In this document: one piece after another, positions 37,036 through 45,337 of the stretch
Layout: each line of letters begins with the position of its first letter
Position numbering within the stretch: the first letter of the stretch is position 1
Assembly (NCBI GenBank): GCA_036506735.1
Contig: DASXRG010000037.1
Span: 1,450 to 65,449 of the forward strand
DNA: 64,000 bases
Direction: 5' to 3'
From: Candidatus Binatia bacterium
Lineage (GTDB): Bacteria; Desulfobacterota; Binatia; UBA9968
Translations under genes and position numbers: made by a program
The notes under the pieces: generated by a model
Seen by the model: the letters and a program-made list of their open reading frames with translations, nothing else
Database searches by the model: none
What the model was told of the DNA's origin: nothing

Positions 37036-38100
37036 TTAGAGCCCGCGGTGGGTTTCACCCTGTCCTTCTTCGCGGTACAAGCCGAACGCCTGCAGGATCG
37101 GCGCGTCGTGCATGGAAAAGAGGATCGCCTCTTCTTTGGCAGAGCGGTTGGCGTGCTCGTGCCAACTCCATAGAGGCACGACGAAGGTATCGCCTTTTTC
37201 CCAGTGAAACGGCCGGCCGTTGATGATCGTCGTGCCGCTGCCGCTGAAGGCGTGATAGATGCTGGTGCTCGTGTGCCGGTGCGCTTGCGTTCTCATGCCG
37301 GGAAGCAGCATCTGAAGCCGGAGCGACAAGGTCGGCAAGGTCGAGCCGGCAGTCAGCGGGTTGGCGTACTCCAACGCCGCGCCGTCATAAGCATTCGGAA
37401 TCCCTTCGGCTAAACGCTTCAGAGTCGGGTAAGTATCCCGCCAGCGATAATGGAGCGGACGTTTATTCGCCGTTTCTCCGGAAGTCACGGGACGCGTCAT
37501 GCCGTAGTCGGGCGTGTGGTCGGAAGCGCTCGTGACCTGAAGCCGCTTCTCCTTATACGGTTCGAAGGAAATCACCTGCAATGCCTGGACGAACGGCACG
37601 TCGAGGCCGTCGATCCATACCATGGGCTCGTCGCCCTCGTGCGCGTGCTCGTGCCAGGTCCACTGCGGCGTTAAAATCAGATCGCCCGCCTCCATCAGCA
37701 TCTTGTGTCCATCGACCGTCGTGTAAGCCCCTTTTCCCTGCAGGATAAAGCGGATCGCGGCCATGGTGTGGCGATGCGCGGGCGCGACTTCGCCCGGCTG
37801 TATCAATTGGAAGGAAAAGAGCATCGTGTGCGTGGTCATCTCGCTCTGCTCCAATCCGGGATTGACCAGGCGGATGACTCTGCGCTCGACGTTTCCTTTT
37901 TGGATGCCGATTTGGTCGCGCGCCTGAATCAGGCTGTCGTAGATGTCCGCCCATTTCCATAAATGGGGTTGCACCGTGGTGCGGGGGTCGAGCGGGCGTT
38001 CGCCGCGGCCGATGCGCCAGATGCCGGACAGACCTCGCTTGCAGAGCAGTTGATCCAGCTCGGTGAGCGGATGGGCTTCGGGATTCGACTCCGCTTTCAT
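37036..38100 (-). CDS. gentisate 1,2-dioxygenase-like bicupin
   Basis: Block PGEVAPAHRHTMAAIRFILQGKGAYTTVDGHKMLMEAGDLILTPQWTWHEH matches the gentisate dioxygenase signature as I remember it. A second cupin carries AHRHTSTSIYHAFSGSG. Confidence 0.7.
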   Translation of the reverse strand: MKAESNPEAHPLTELDQLLCKRGLSGIWRIGRGERPLDPRTTVQPHLWKWADIYDSLIQARDQIGIQKGNVERRVIRLVNPGLEQSEMTTHTMLFSFQLIQPGEVAPAHRHTMAAIRFILQGKGAYTTVDGHKMLMEAGDLILTPQWTWHEHAHEGDEPMVWIDGLDVPFVQALQVISFEPYKEKRLQVTSASDHTPDYGMTRPVTSGETANKRPLHYRWRDTYPTLKRLAEGIPNAYDGAALEYANPLTAGSTLPTLSLRLQMLLPGMRTQAHRHTSTSIYHAFSGSGTTIINGRPFHWEKGDTFVVPLWSWHEHANRSAKEEAILFSMHDAPILQAFGLYREEGQGETHRGL

Positions 38101-38191
38101 GAGAGACCTCCAGTTATAAATAATAAGGAGGAAGGCTCCGCCATAAAAAGAGGCGGATCAGCCTTTGGCTGAGGAAGGATGAAAGTCACGT

Positions 38192-38944
38192 TTATCCCAG
38201 CGGCAAATTTTTATACCGGCGGTAAATGCCGTCGTAAAAAGTCGTCATCATCTGGACCGAGACCTTGGCGCAGTATTCCAGCGGCCATCCGGCGCGCTCC
38301 TGGCCGTAGCCTTCCATCAGCGCCGCTTCGAGAATCCGCTGATTGGTGCCGCCGTGCTCTTCGCTCAAGTCGGCTTCCTCGTGAATCCGGAAGTAGGACA
38401 TGTCTTCTTTCGACAAGCCGTACTTGGGCAGCGCCATGCGATAATCCTGCGCGATATGTCCGAAGATCTCTTCTTCCAGATGAATCGCGTAACATTCCGC
38501 CAGCGGCACGTCGATCCAGGAACGGACGAAGAAATCGACCAGGCCGCGCGCTTCGGGAATCAGCTCGGCCTCGATCATCTCCTTCGGCTCCACTCCCAAC
38601 GCCTTCCCGAGCTTCAACAGCACCCGTGCGTGGCCGCCGAGCGCCGGCGTGGTGAATTCTTCGCCGATCTTTTGCGCGACCATGTCTTCCAGCTCGGGGT
38701 GGCGCTTAAAAAAACCGACGAACTGATGATAGACGGTGGCCATTCCGGTGTTGACCTCGACCGCGAAGGCATGCCAGTTCTTGATCCAGAACTTGAGATG
38801 GTCCTTTTCCAGCGTCCCGGCTCGGAGATCTCTGAAGTATGGATGGTTCTTGATCTCCTTCTCATAGGTGTCGAGAACGATCTGTCGCAGCGCGGCGACT
38901 TTTGCTTTTGCTTCCTGCGGCGTCATTTTGATATGTTCGCTCAT
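38192..38944 (-). CDS. haem-oxygenase-fold protein, PqqC/CADD/TenA-like (iron-containing redox enzyme family)
   Basis: Paired carboxylate/His motifs IGEE...GGH, HLEEE and HEEADLSEEH. Start uncertain (ATG 38944 or 38926, or the upstream ATG at 38980). Confidence 0.7.
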   Translation of the reverse strand: MSEHIKMTPQEAKAKVAALRQIVLDTYEKEIKNHPYFRDLRAGTLEKDHLKFWIKNWHAFAVEVNTGMATVYHQFVGFFKRHPELEDMVAQKIGEEFTTPALGGHARVLLKLGKALGVEPKEMIEAELIPEARGLVDFFVRSWIDVPLAECYAIHLEEEIFGHIAQDYRMALPKYGLSKEDMSYFRIHEEADLSEEHGGTNQRILEAALMEGYGQERAGWPLEYCAKVSVQMMTTFYDGIYRRYKNLPLG

Positions 38945-39070
38945 GGGTCGAAACCTATCGAATGTGAATTGGCTTGTCAACGATCCTTATGGACTTCCGA
39001 GCGCGCCGCGGATAAGACTGTTTCAGAGTTGAAGAGTTTCAAGGTTTTAGGATTCACGGGAAGAAAAAGC

Positions 39071-40042
39071 ATGGATCAAAGAGCCGGTTGGCTGCTGTTA
39101 GGGTTGTTTTTGTGGCTCAGCGGAGCGAGCGAATGTCAGGCGCAGAAGCTCGAACGCGCGCTGGTGACGCATTCGAGCGAAAGCATCAGCATCACGCCGC
39201 TGATTTACGGCATCGAGAAGGGGCTCTACAAAAAGGAAGGCGTCGATCTTCAGTTTCGCATTTTGCGCGGCGATCTGGCGATCAGCGCCATGGTGAACAG
39301 CAAAGACGTGGACTACATCTACGGGGCGGGCACCGCGTTTCTCGCCGCGGTCAGGGGAGCCCCGGTCAAGATTCTCTCGCACGATTTTAAAAGCGTGCTT
39401 TTCTACCTGATGGCGCAGCCGAACGTTCAATCAGCCAAGGATTTGAAGGGAAAGAAGATCGCCGTGAGCTCGCTCGGCGGCACGGGCGCGGCGTCGGCCC
39501 GGGCGTCGATCAGAGCGCTCGGCCTCGATCCGGATAAGGACGTCACCTACATCGTCATCGGCGCCGCCTCGGTGCGCATGGCGGCCATGGAGGCCGGCTC
39601 CATCGAGGCGGCGATCATGCCGGTGCCGTGGAACTTTCGCATGAAGCAGAAAGGATTCAGGGACCTGATCTTCGCCGGCAGCGTTATGCAGCAGCCGCTG
39701 ACCGGCATCGCGACCACGAAGGAAAAGATCGACAAGAATCCCGATCAGGTGCGCAAGGTGCTGCGCGGCTTTCTCCGCGCCTTGAAGGCTGTGCGCCAGG
39801 AGAAAAAAGAGGTGATCGAGTTCATCGGCCGTAAATTCAATCTCGATGCGCCGTCCGCCGAAGAGACGTACAAGGTGGTGCTGCAAACCCTCAGCGACGA
39901 CGGCACGGTGAGCGCGGAGGCGCTCCAGGATCTTCTCGAGCAGGTCAAAAAGGAAACCGGCGTGAGCCGTGATTTTTCCGTCGGCGACATCGTCGATTAT
40001 AAAATGCTGAAAGAAGTGTCCAAGGAAGGAGTCAAAGGGTGA
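39071..40042 (+). CDS. periplasmic solute-binding protein, NMT1/THI5-like
   Basis: ORF 38354..40042 trimmed to MDQRAGWLLLGLFLWLSGASECQAQ. Its TGA stop overlaps the GTG of the next gene (GTGA at 40039). Confidence 0.8.
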   Translation: MDQRAGWLLLGLFLWLSGASECQAQKLERALVTHSSESISITPLIYGIEKGLYKKEGVDLQFRILRGDLAISAMVNSKDVDYIYGAGTAFLAAVRGAPVKILSHDFKSVLFYLMAQPNVQSAKDLKGKKIAVSSLGGTGAASARASIRALGLDPDKDVTYIVIGAASVRMAAMEAGSIEAAIMPVPWNFRMKQKGFRDLIFAGSVMQQPLTGIATTKEKIDKNPDQVRKVLRGFLRALKAVRQEKKEVIEFIGRKFNLDAPSAEETYKVVLQTLSDDGTVSAEALQDLLEQVKKETGVSRDFSVGDIVDYKMLKEVSKEGVKG

Positions 40043-42324
40043 CTTCGCCGATCGGACAAAACGTCCCGCGCGCCGACGGCAAGGACAAAGTGACCGGCGC
40101 GGCGGTGTACACCGGCGACATGAAGTTGCCGGGAATGCTTTACGGTAAGGTTCTGCGCAGCCCGCTGCCGCACGCGATAATCCGGCACATCGATTCGGCA
40201 AAAGCCGAGGCGATTCCCGGCGTGCTCGCCGTTCTCACGCGGGAGAATCTCCGCGTCGCGGCGCCGCTGCACGGCGCGTACGTGAAGGACCAGGCGGTCG
40301 TCGCGCTAGAAAAAGTCCGCTACGCCGGCGACATCGTCGCGGCGGTGGCGGCGACCGAAGAACGAATCGCGCTAGAGGCGTTGAAGGCGATCGAAGTCGA
40401 TTACGAAGAGCTGCCCGCGGTTATGACCGTCGACGAAGCGCTGGCTGAAGGCGCGCCGCTGGTGCACGAGCGGTTGGAAGGCCGCAAGCAGGCCGATTAC
40501 GGCACGGGCGCGACTCAGGTCGACCACGACCATAGCAATATCTGCCTCCACTTTCGCTACCAGCGCGGCAATGTCGATGGCGGCTTCGCCGCCGCTGATC
40601 AGGTCTACGAAGACACGTTTCATTTTCCCAGCGCGCAGCACTACCCGATGGAGCCGCACGTCAGCCTGGCGAAGTTCGACGGCGACAATTTAATAGTCTG
40701 GTCGTCCACGCAAAGCCCGTTTCCCCTGCGCCAGGAGCTGGCGCGGATCTTCGGCTTGCCGTTGAGCCGCGTCCGCGTCATCGTCCCGTACGTCGGCGGC
40801 GGCTATGGAGCGAAGAGCGGCGTGAAAAACGAGGCGGTCGCCGCGGCTCTGTCGCGGGTATCGGGCCGGCCCGTGCGTCTGGCGAACAGCGCGGAAGAGA
40901 CGTTCCGGACCATGTGCCAGCCGCGCGCGAAAATCACGATTAAGACCGGCGTGAAAAACGACGGCGCGTTCGTCGCGCGGCGCTGCCAGCTTTATCTCGA
41001 CGGCGGCGCCTACGCGAACTCCGGCCCGTCGGTCACGGAAAAAGCGGGCTATCGATCGCACGGGCCTTATCCGATCCCAAACGTCCTTACCGATGCTTTT
41101 ACCGTGTACACGAACACGGTTCCGGCCGGCGCGTTTCGCGGCTTCGGCGCGCCGCAGGTGGCGTACGCCTACGATTCGCATCTCGAAATGATCGCGCGGC
41201 GGATGAATCTCGATCCGGTGGAGCTGAGATTGAAAAACCTGCTCGGCCGCGGTGACGAGTACGCTTTGGGCGACACGCCGATCGACTGCGATCTCAAATC
41301 GGCGTTGGGGCGAATTGCCGAAGAGTTTAAGGGTTCTACGGTTGAAGTGAAGAGTTCCGGAGTGAAGAGAGGAAGAGGAGTTGCAGCGTGCGTTAAAGAC
41401 GGCGGCGGGACCAACAAGGCCGCCCATGCCATGGTAAAAATTCTCGCCGACGGCAGCATCCTCATGTCCATCGGTTCCGTAGAGATCGGCCAGGGAATGC
41501 GCACCGCCTTTCTTCAGTTGGTGGCGGAAGAGCTTTCGCTGCCGGTCGAAAGCGTGCAGGCAGCGGAGCTGGACACGCAGTACACTCCATTCGATAAAGG
41601 CACCAACGCGAGCAGCGCGACGTCCGTGATGGGCCGCGCATTACAGATGGCGGCGCGCGACGCGCGCGAGCAGCTTCTCGGCGCCGCCGCGTCGGTGCTC
41701 GGGGCCCAGACTCAGGAGATAGAGCTGCAAGAAGGAAAGTTGAGCGCGGGCGGCAAGAGCATGACCCTCGGCGAGGTGGCGCGCCGCCATTTTGCGCAAT
41801 CGGAAGGCGAGATCGTCGGGCGGGGATATTTCAAAGCGCCGCGCAGTCAGGCGCCCCTCGGATACGTCTCGCCGTTTTGGGAAATCGGCTTCGGCGCCGC
41901 CGAGGTCGAGGTCGACGGCGGCACAGGAGAGGTGAAGCTCGTCGATTATCTTTCGCTGACCGATGCCGGGAAAATGATCAACCCGAAACAATGCGAGGGC
42001 CAGGACGAAGGCGCCGCCGTATTCGGCCTCGGCCAGACTTTTTTTGAAGACCTCGTCTATCAAGGTGGCGAGCTGGTGAACGGCTCGCTCATCGACTACC
42101 GTCTGCCGCGGTTCAGCGATCTGCCGGGCTCGTTTCATACGATCATCCTCGAAGAAGGCGGCGGGTGCGGCCCGTACGGCGCGAAAGGAATGGGCGAGGG
42201 CGGAATCCTCGCCGTCGCGCCCGCGATCTGCAACGCCGTGGAGAACGCGGTCGGAGTACGAATCCAATCTGTGCCGCTGACTCCGGAGAAAGTTTGGAGA
42301 GAGCTCAAGAAGGTTAAAAGTTGA
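40039..42324 (+). CDS. xanthine dehydrogenase-family molybdopterin-binding (large) subunit 1
   Basis: 761 aa. Contains VPRADGKDKVTG, PYVGGGYGAKSG and the C-terminal AKGMGEGG. Confidence 0.9.
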   Translation: MTSPIGQNVPRADGKDKVTGAAVYTGDMKLPGMLYGKVLRSPLPHAIIRHIDSAKAEAIPGVLAVLTRENLRVAAPLHGAYVKDQAVVALEKVRYAGDIVAAVAATEERIALEALKAIEVDYEELPAVMTVDEALAEGAPLVHERLEGRKQADYGTGATQVDHDHSNICLHFRYQRGNVDGGFAAADQVYEDTFHFPSAQHYPMEPHVSLAKFDGDNLIVWSSTQSPFPLRQELARIFGLPLSRVRVIVPYVGGGYGAKSGVKNEAVAAALSRVSGRPVRLANSAEETFRTMCQPRAKITIKTGVKNDGAFVARRCQLYLDGGAYANSGPSVTEKAGYRSHGPYPIPNVLTDAFTVYTNTVPAGAFRGFGAPQVAYAYDSHLEMIARRMNLDPVELRLKNLLGRGDEYALGDTPIDCDLKSALGRIAEEFKGSTVEVKSSGVKRGRGVAACVKDGGGTNKAAHAMVKILADGSILMSIGSVEIGQGMRTAFLQLVAEELSLPVESVQAAELDTQYTPFDKGTNASSATSVMGRALQMAARDAREQLLGAAASVLGAQTQEIELQEGKLSAGGKSMTLGEVARRHFAQSEGEIVGRGYFKAPRSQAPLGYVSPFWEIGFGAAEVEVDGGTGEVKLVDYLSLTDAGKMINPKQCEGQDEGAAVFGLGQTFFEDLVYQGGELVNGSLIDYRLPRFSDLPGSFHTIILEEGGGCGPYGAKGMGEGGILAVAPAICNAVENAVGVRIQSVPLTPEKVWRELKKVKS

Positions 42325-42332
42325 AGGGGTTT

Positions 42333-42380
42333 CCCTCACCCCTTCCGCTCTCCCCGTGGGAGAGGGTGAGGGAGAGGGCC
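42333..42380 (+). repeat. palindromic GC-rich repeat, copy 1 (CCCTCACC..CTCTCCC-loop-GGGAGAGGGTGAGGGAGAGGGC)
   Basis: Nested hairpin. Near-identical copy in the same orientation at 44723..44771. Confidence 0.8.
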
Positions 42381-42394
42381 AAAGGAATTCTGAA

Positions 42395-44695
42395 ATGGCA
42401 TCTTCAATTCAAAATTCAAAATTCAACATTCAAAATTGGGACCCCGAGCCCCGGTCCGACCTCCAGGAAAAGGTGGTGGGCAGGGCCAAGTACGTCGAGG
42501 ACCTGCCCGATCTTCCCGGCATGGCTTACGGCGCGATGCTATCGAGCCCGTACTCGCACGCGCGCATCCGCTCGATTGATTCCTCCAACGCAGAAAAAGT
42601 TCCCGGCGTGCTCGGCGTCTTGCACCGCGACTGTCTCGACGGTTTGAATCCGCTCCTGCCCGCGCCGCGCCATGAGCTGTTGAAGCTTACCGACGACGAG
42701 AACTTCATCGCGGTCGACAAGGTCCGCTTCGACGGCGAGCTGGTCGCTGCCGTCGCCGCGGAAGATCTCCGCACCGCGCGCCATGCAGCGGAGTTGATCG
42801 AGGTAGACTACGAGCCGCTTCCCGTCGTCTTCGACGCCAGGGCAGCGCTCGCGCCCGGCGCGCCGATCCTGCACGAGAGCAAAGGCACGAATCTCCTGCT
42901 CGAAGACAAGCTCGAATGGGGCGACATCGAGCGAGGATTCAAAGACGCCGACCGTGTTTTCGAGGAGACCTACAGCTCTCCCGCCATGTTCCACCATCCG
43001 ATGGAAAACATCGGCGGCTGCGTGGTCCAGTTCGTCAACGACGAGGTCGACCTCTGGGCCGGCACCAGCTCGCCGGTACGAGACGCCGGCGAGATCGCCC
43101 ATTTCTTCGGCCTGGAGCCGGACAAGGTGCGTCTGCGTGTGCCTTATATCGGCGGTGGCTTCGGCTCGAAGGTGACGACCAACTCGATTCTCGCGGCGAT
43201 TTTTCTGGCGCGCAAAATTCGTCGTCCGGTCAGACTGATGCCGTCGGCGGCGGAGAGCTTCCGGCAAAATTCGCGCCATGCGATGGAGTACAGGGCCAAG
43301 ATCGGCGTCAAGTCGGACGGCACCTTGACCGCGCTGCAAGTCGATCTCCTGGTCGACACCGGCGCGTACACGACCGGCGGCGCGACGACGACGCACAACG
43401 CGGTGATTTCGGCGTGGGGCTGCTACCGGATTCCGCACCTCGGGATTCACGCGCGCTGCGCTTACACGAACAAGGTCCCGGCGAGCCATACGCGCGCGAC
43501 CGGCAAGGTCCAGACGACCTTCGGTATCGAGTGCGCGATAGACAGCATCGCGCGCCAAATGGGAATGGAGCCGCTGGACTTTCGCAAGAAGAACGTTTTG
43601 CTGCGCGGCGACTTCGTCGCCAAGGGAACGCCGAAGATGGACACGGATTACGACGATCTCATGCGGCAAGCCCTATCGGCCATCCAGTGGGACGGCCGCC
43701 CGTCTTCGAGCGGCCTGCCCCGCACCTCTCACATTGCGCGCGGGCGCGGCATGGCGCTGAGCCTGCGCCACGGCTCGCAGGGCGGCGGGAGAGCGCACGC
43801 GCTGGCGACGATCGATGCGAAAGGCATCGTCAAGATTCAGCACGCGGCGCCCGAGATCGGCCAGGGGACGCACAATTTGATCGGCGTGGTCGCGGCGAAG
43901 ACTTTGGGCATTCCCCAGAGTCAGGTGCGCGTGGCGCAGCCAGATACCGCGGTCCATCTTCCGTTCGGCGGCGTCAGCGCGCAGCGCACGACGATGCAGA
44001 TGGGAAAAGCGGTGGAGAACGCCTGCGAGAACCTCAAGCGCGAGCTGGTGTTGCTCGCCTGCCAAACCAAGGGTGGGAAGCCGGAAGAATGGAAAGTAGC
44101 CGAAGGACGCTTGTGGCGTGCGGAGAACAGTTTCTCTTTCGCCGAAGTCGTTCGCTTCGCCGGCGGAAATTCCGTAGTTAAAGCCGTCGGCGCCCATAGC
44201 GCGCCGCCGACGGAGAAGGAGTCGGCGTTCCATGGCATGGACCATTGGGCGCCGAGCGCGGGAGCGGCGGAGATCGAGATCGACTGCGAGACCGGCGAGC
44301 TCAGGATTTTAAAATTCGCCGCGATCGCCGACGCGGGCCGCGCGCTGCACTATCCGTCGGCCAAGGCGCAGGTCGAAGGCGGCGCGGTGATGGGCATCGG
44401 CCACGCGCTCTTCGAAGAGGTCGTCTATCAGGACGGCCAGATGATGAACGGCCATCCCGCCGAGTACCGCTTGCCGGTCATGGCCGACACGCCGGAATGG
44501 TTTTACGCCGCGATGCTCGAGAACGAAGACGGGCCGGGTCCGTTCGGTTCGAAGGGCATGTCGCAGACTTCGATCGTCACGGTCGCGCCGGCGATCGGCA
44601 ACGCGATCTACGACGCCGTCGGCGCCCGGGTCCGGTCGTTGCCGATAACGGCGGAAAAAATTCTCCGGGCGCTGGGGAAATTAGGCGAGCGCTAA
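42395..44695 (+). CDS. xanthine dehydrogenase-family molybdopterin-binding subunit 2 (divergent active-site loop)
   Basis: ORF 42356..44695 trimmed to ATG 42395, because upstream codons translate the repeat. Contains PYIGGGFGSKVT. The C-terminal loop reads SKGMSQTS where the paralogues read AKGMGEGG. Confidence 0.85.
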   Translation: MASSIQNSKFNIQNWDPEPRSDLQEKVVGRAKYVEDLPDLPGMAYGAMLSSPYSHARIRSIDSSNAEKVPGVLGVLHRDCLDGLNPLLPAPRHELLKLTDDENFIAVDKVRFDGELVAAVAAEDLRTARHAAELIEVDYEPLPVVFDARAALAPGAPILHESKGTNLLLEDKLEWGDIERGFKDADRVFEETYSSPAMFHHPMENIGGCVVQFVNDEVDLWAGTSSPVRDAGEIAHFFGLEPDKVRLRVPYIGGGFGSKVTTNSILAAIFLARKIRRPVRLMPSAAESFRQNSRHAMEYRAKIGVKSDGTLTALQVDLLVDTGAYTTGGATTTHNAVISAWGCYRIPHLGIHARCAYTNKVPASHTRATGKVQTTFGIECAIDSIARQMGMEPLDFRKKNVLLRGDFVAKGTPKMDTDYDDLMRQALSAIQWDGRPSSSGLPRTSHIARGRGMALSLRHGSQGGGRAHALATIDAKGIVKIQHAAPEIGQGTHNLIGVVAAKTLGIPQSQVRVAQPDTAVHLPFGGVSAQRTTMQMGKAVENACENLKRELVLLACQTKGGKPEEWKVAEGRLWRAENSFSFAEVVRFAGGNSVVKAVGAHSAPPTEKESAFHGMDHWAPSAGAAEIEIDCETGELRILKFAAIADAGRALHYPSAKAQVEGGAVMGIGHALFEEVVYQDGQMMNGHPAEYRLPVMADTPEWFYAAMLENEDGPGPFGSKGMSQTSIVTVAPAIGNAIYDAVGARVRSLPITAEKILRALGKLGER
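42407..42434 (+). repeat. four tandem AT-rich heptamers (ATTCAAA x3, ATTCAAC x1)
   Basis: Read directly at the 5' end of the subunit-2 reading frame (codons 5-14). Confidence 0.8.
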
Positions 44696-44722
44696 CTTCG
44701 CGGTCTTGGCGTCTTGGCGCGA

Positions 44723-44771
44723 CCTTCACCCCTTCCCTCTCCCGCACGCGGGAGAGGGTGAGGGAGAGGGC
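44723..44771 (+). repeat. palindromic GC-rich repeat, copy 2
   Basis: CCTTCACCCCTTCCCTCTCCC-gcacgc-GGGAGAGGGTGAGGGAGAGGGC. Lies between subunit 2 and the 2Fe-2S gene. Confidence 0.8.
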
Positions 44772-44839
44772 ATCTCGCGCAAAGACGCAAAGGTCGCTAA
44801 GAAAACGGTGAACAATGCGCCCAGGAGATAAATACAGAG

Positions 44840-45337
44840 ATGCAGGATGAGTTGAACACGTCGCAGACCGTCGCGCTCTCGCTGACGATCAACGGCAAGC
44901 CTTGGAGCGGCGAAGTGACGGTCGAAGAGACACTGCTCGAGTTTCTCAGAAGCCGGCTCGGCCTCACCGGCACCAAACGCTCGTGCGAGTCGCAGGTGTG
45001 CGGCGCCTGCACGGTGCTGGTGAATCAACGGCCGATCAGCTCGTGCAGCTATCTCGCCTTCGAGGCGCGCGGCAAGTCGGTGCTGACGATCGAAGGGCTC
45101 GCGGACGGCGAGCAGCTCGATCCGCTTCAGGCGGCTTTCATCCGCAATCTCGGCGGCCAGTGCGGTTACTGCACGCCGGGGCAGATCATGGCGGCCAAAG
45201 GACTGCTGCTGGAGAATCCCGCGCCGACGAGAGAAGAGATCGCCCATTGGCTCCGCGGCAACATCTGCCGCTGCGGCTGCTATCCGGGGATCGCCGCGGC
45301 GATTTTGGAGGCGAGTAAAACCACGTACGAGCGATGA
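44840..45337 (+). CDS. (2Fe-2S)-binding small subunit of molybdenum hydroxylase (CoxS/XdhC-small type)
   Basis: Cys clusters CESQVCGACTV, CGYCTPG and CRCGCY. 165 aa. Confidence 0.92.
   Translation: MQDELNTSQTVALSLTINGKPWSGEVTVEETLLEFLRSRLGLTGTKRSCESQVCGACTVLVNQRPISSCSYLAFEARGKSVLTIEGLADGEQLDPLQAAFIRNLGGQCGYCTPGQIMAAKGLLLENPAPTREEIAHWLRGNICRCGCYPGIAAAILEASKTTYER

Noticed and set aside
38354-39070. Long N-terminal extensions in the ORF track (38354..40042, 2347..3531, 29835..30872, 50807..51970, 55025..56266, 8671..10158, 15439..16716)
   Set aside because: In every case an internal ATG preceded by an RBS, or followed by a canonical signal peptide, gives a protein colinear with its paralogues. 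The extensions overlap neighbouring genes or repeats.
42333-44771. Possibility that the GC-rich palindromic repeats form a CRISPR array
   Set aside because: Only two copies are present, they are 2.3 kb apart, they flank a full-length gene, and there are no cas genes.
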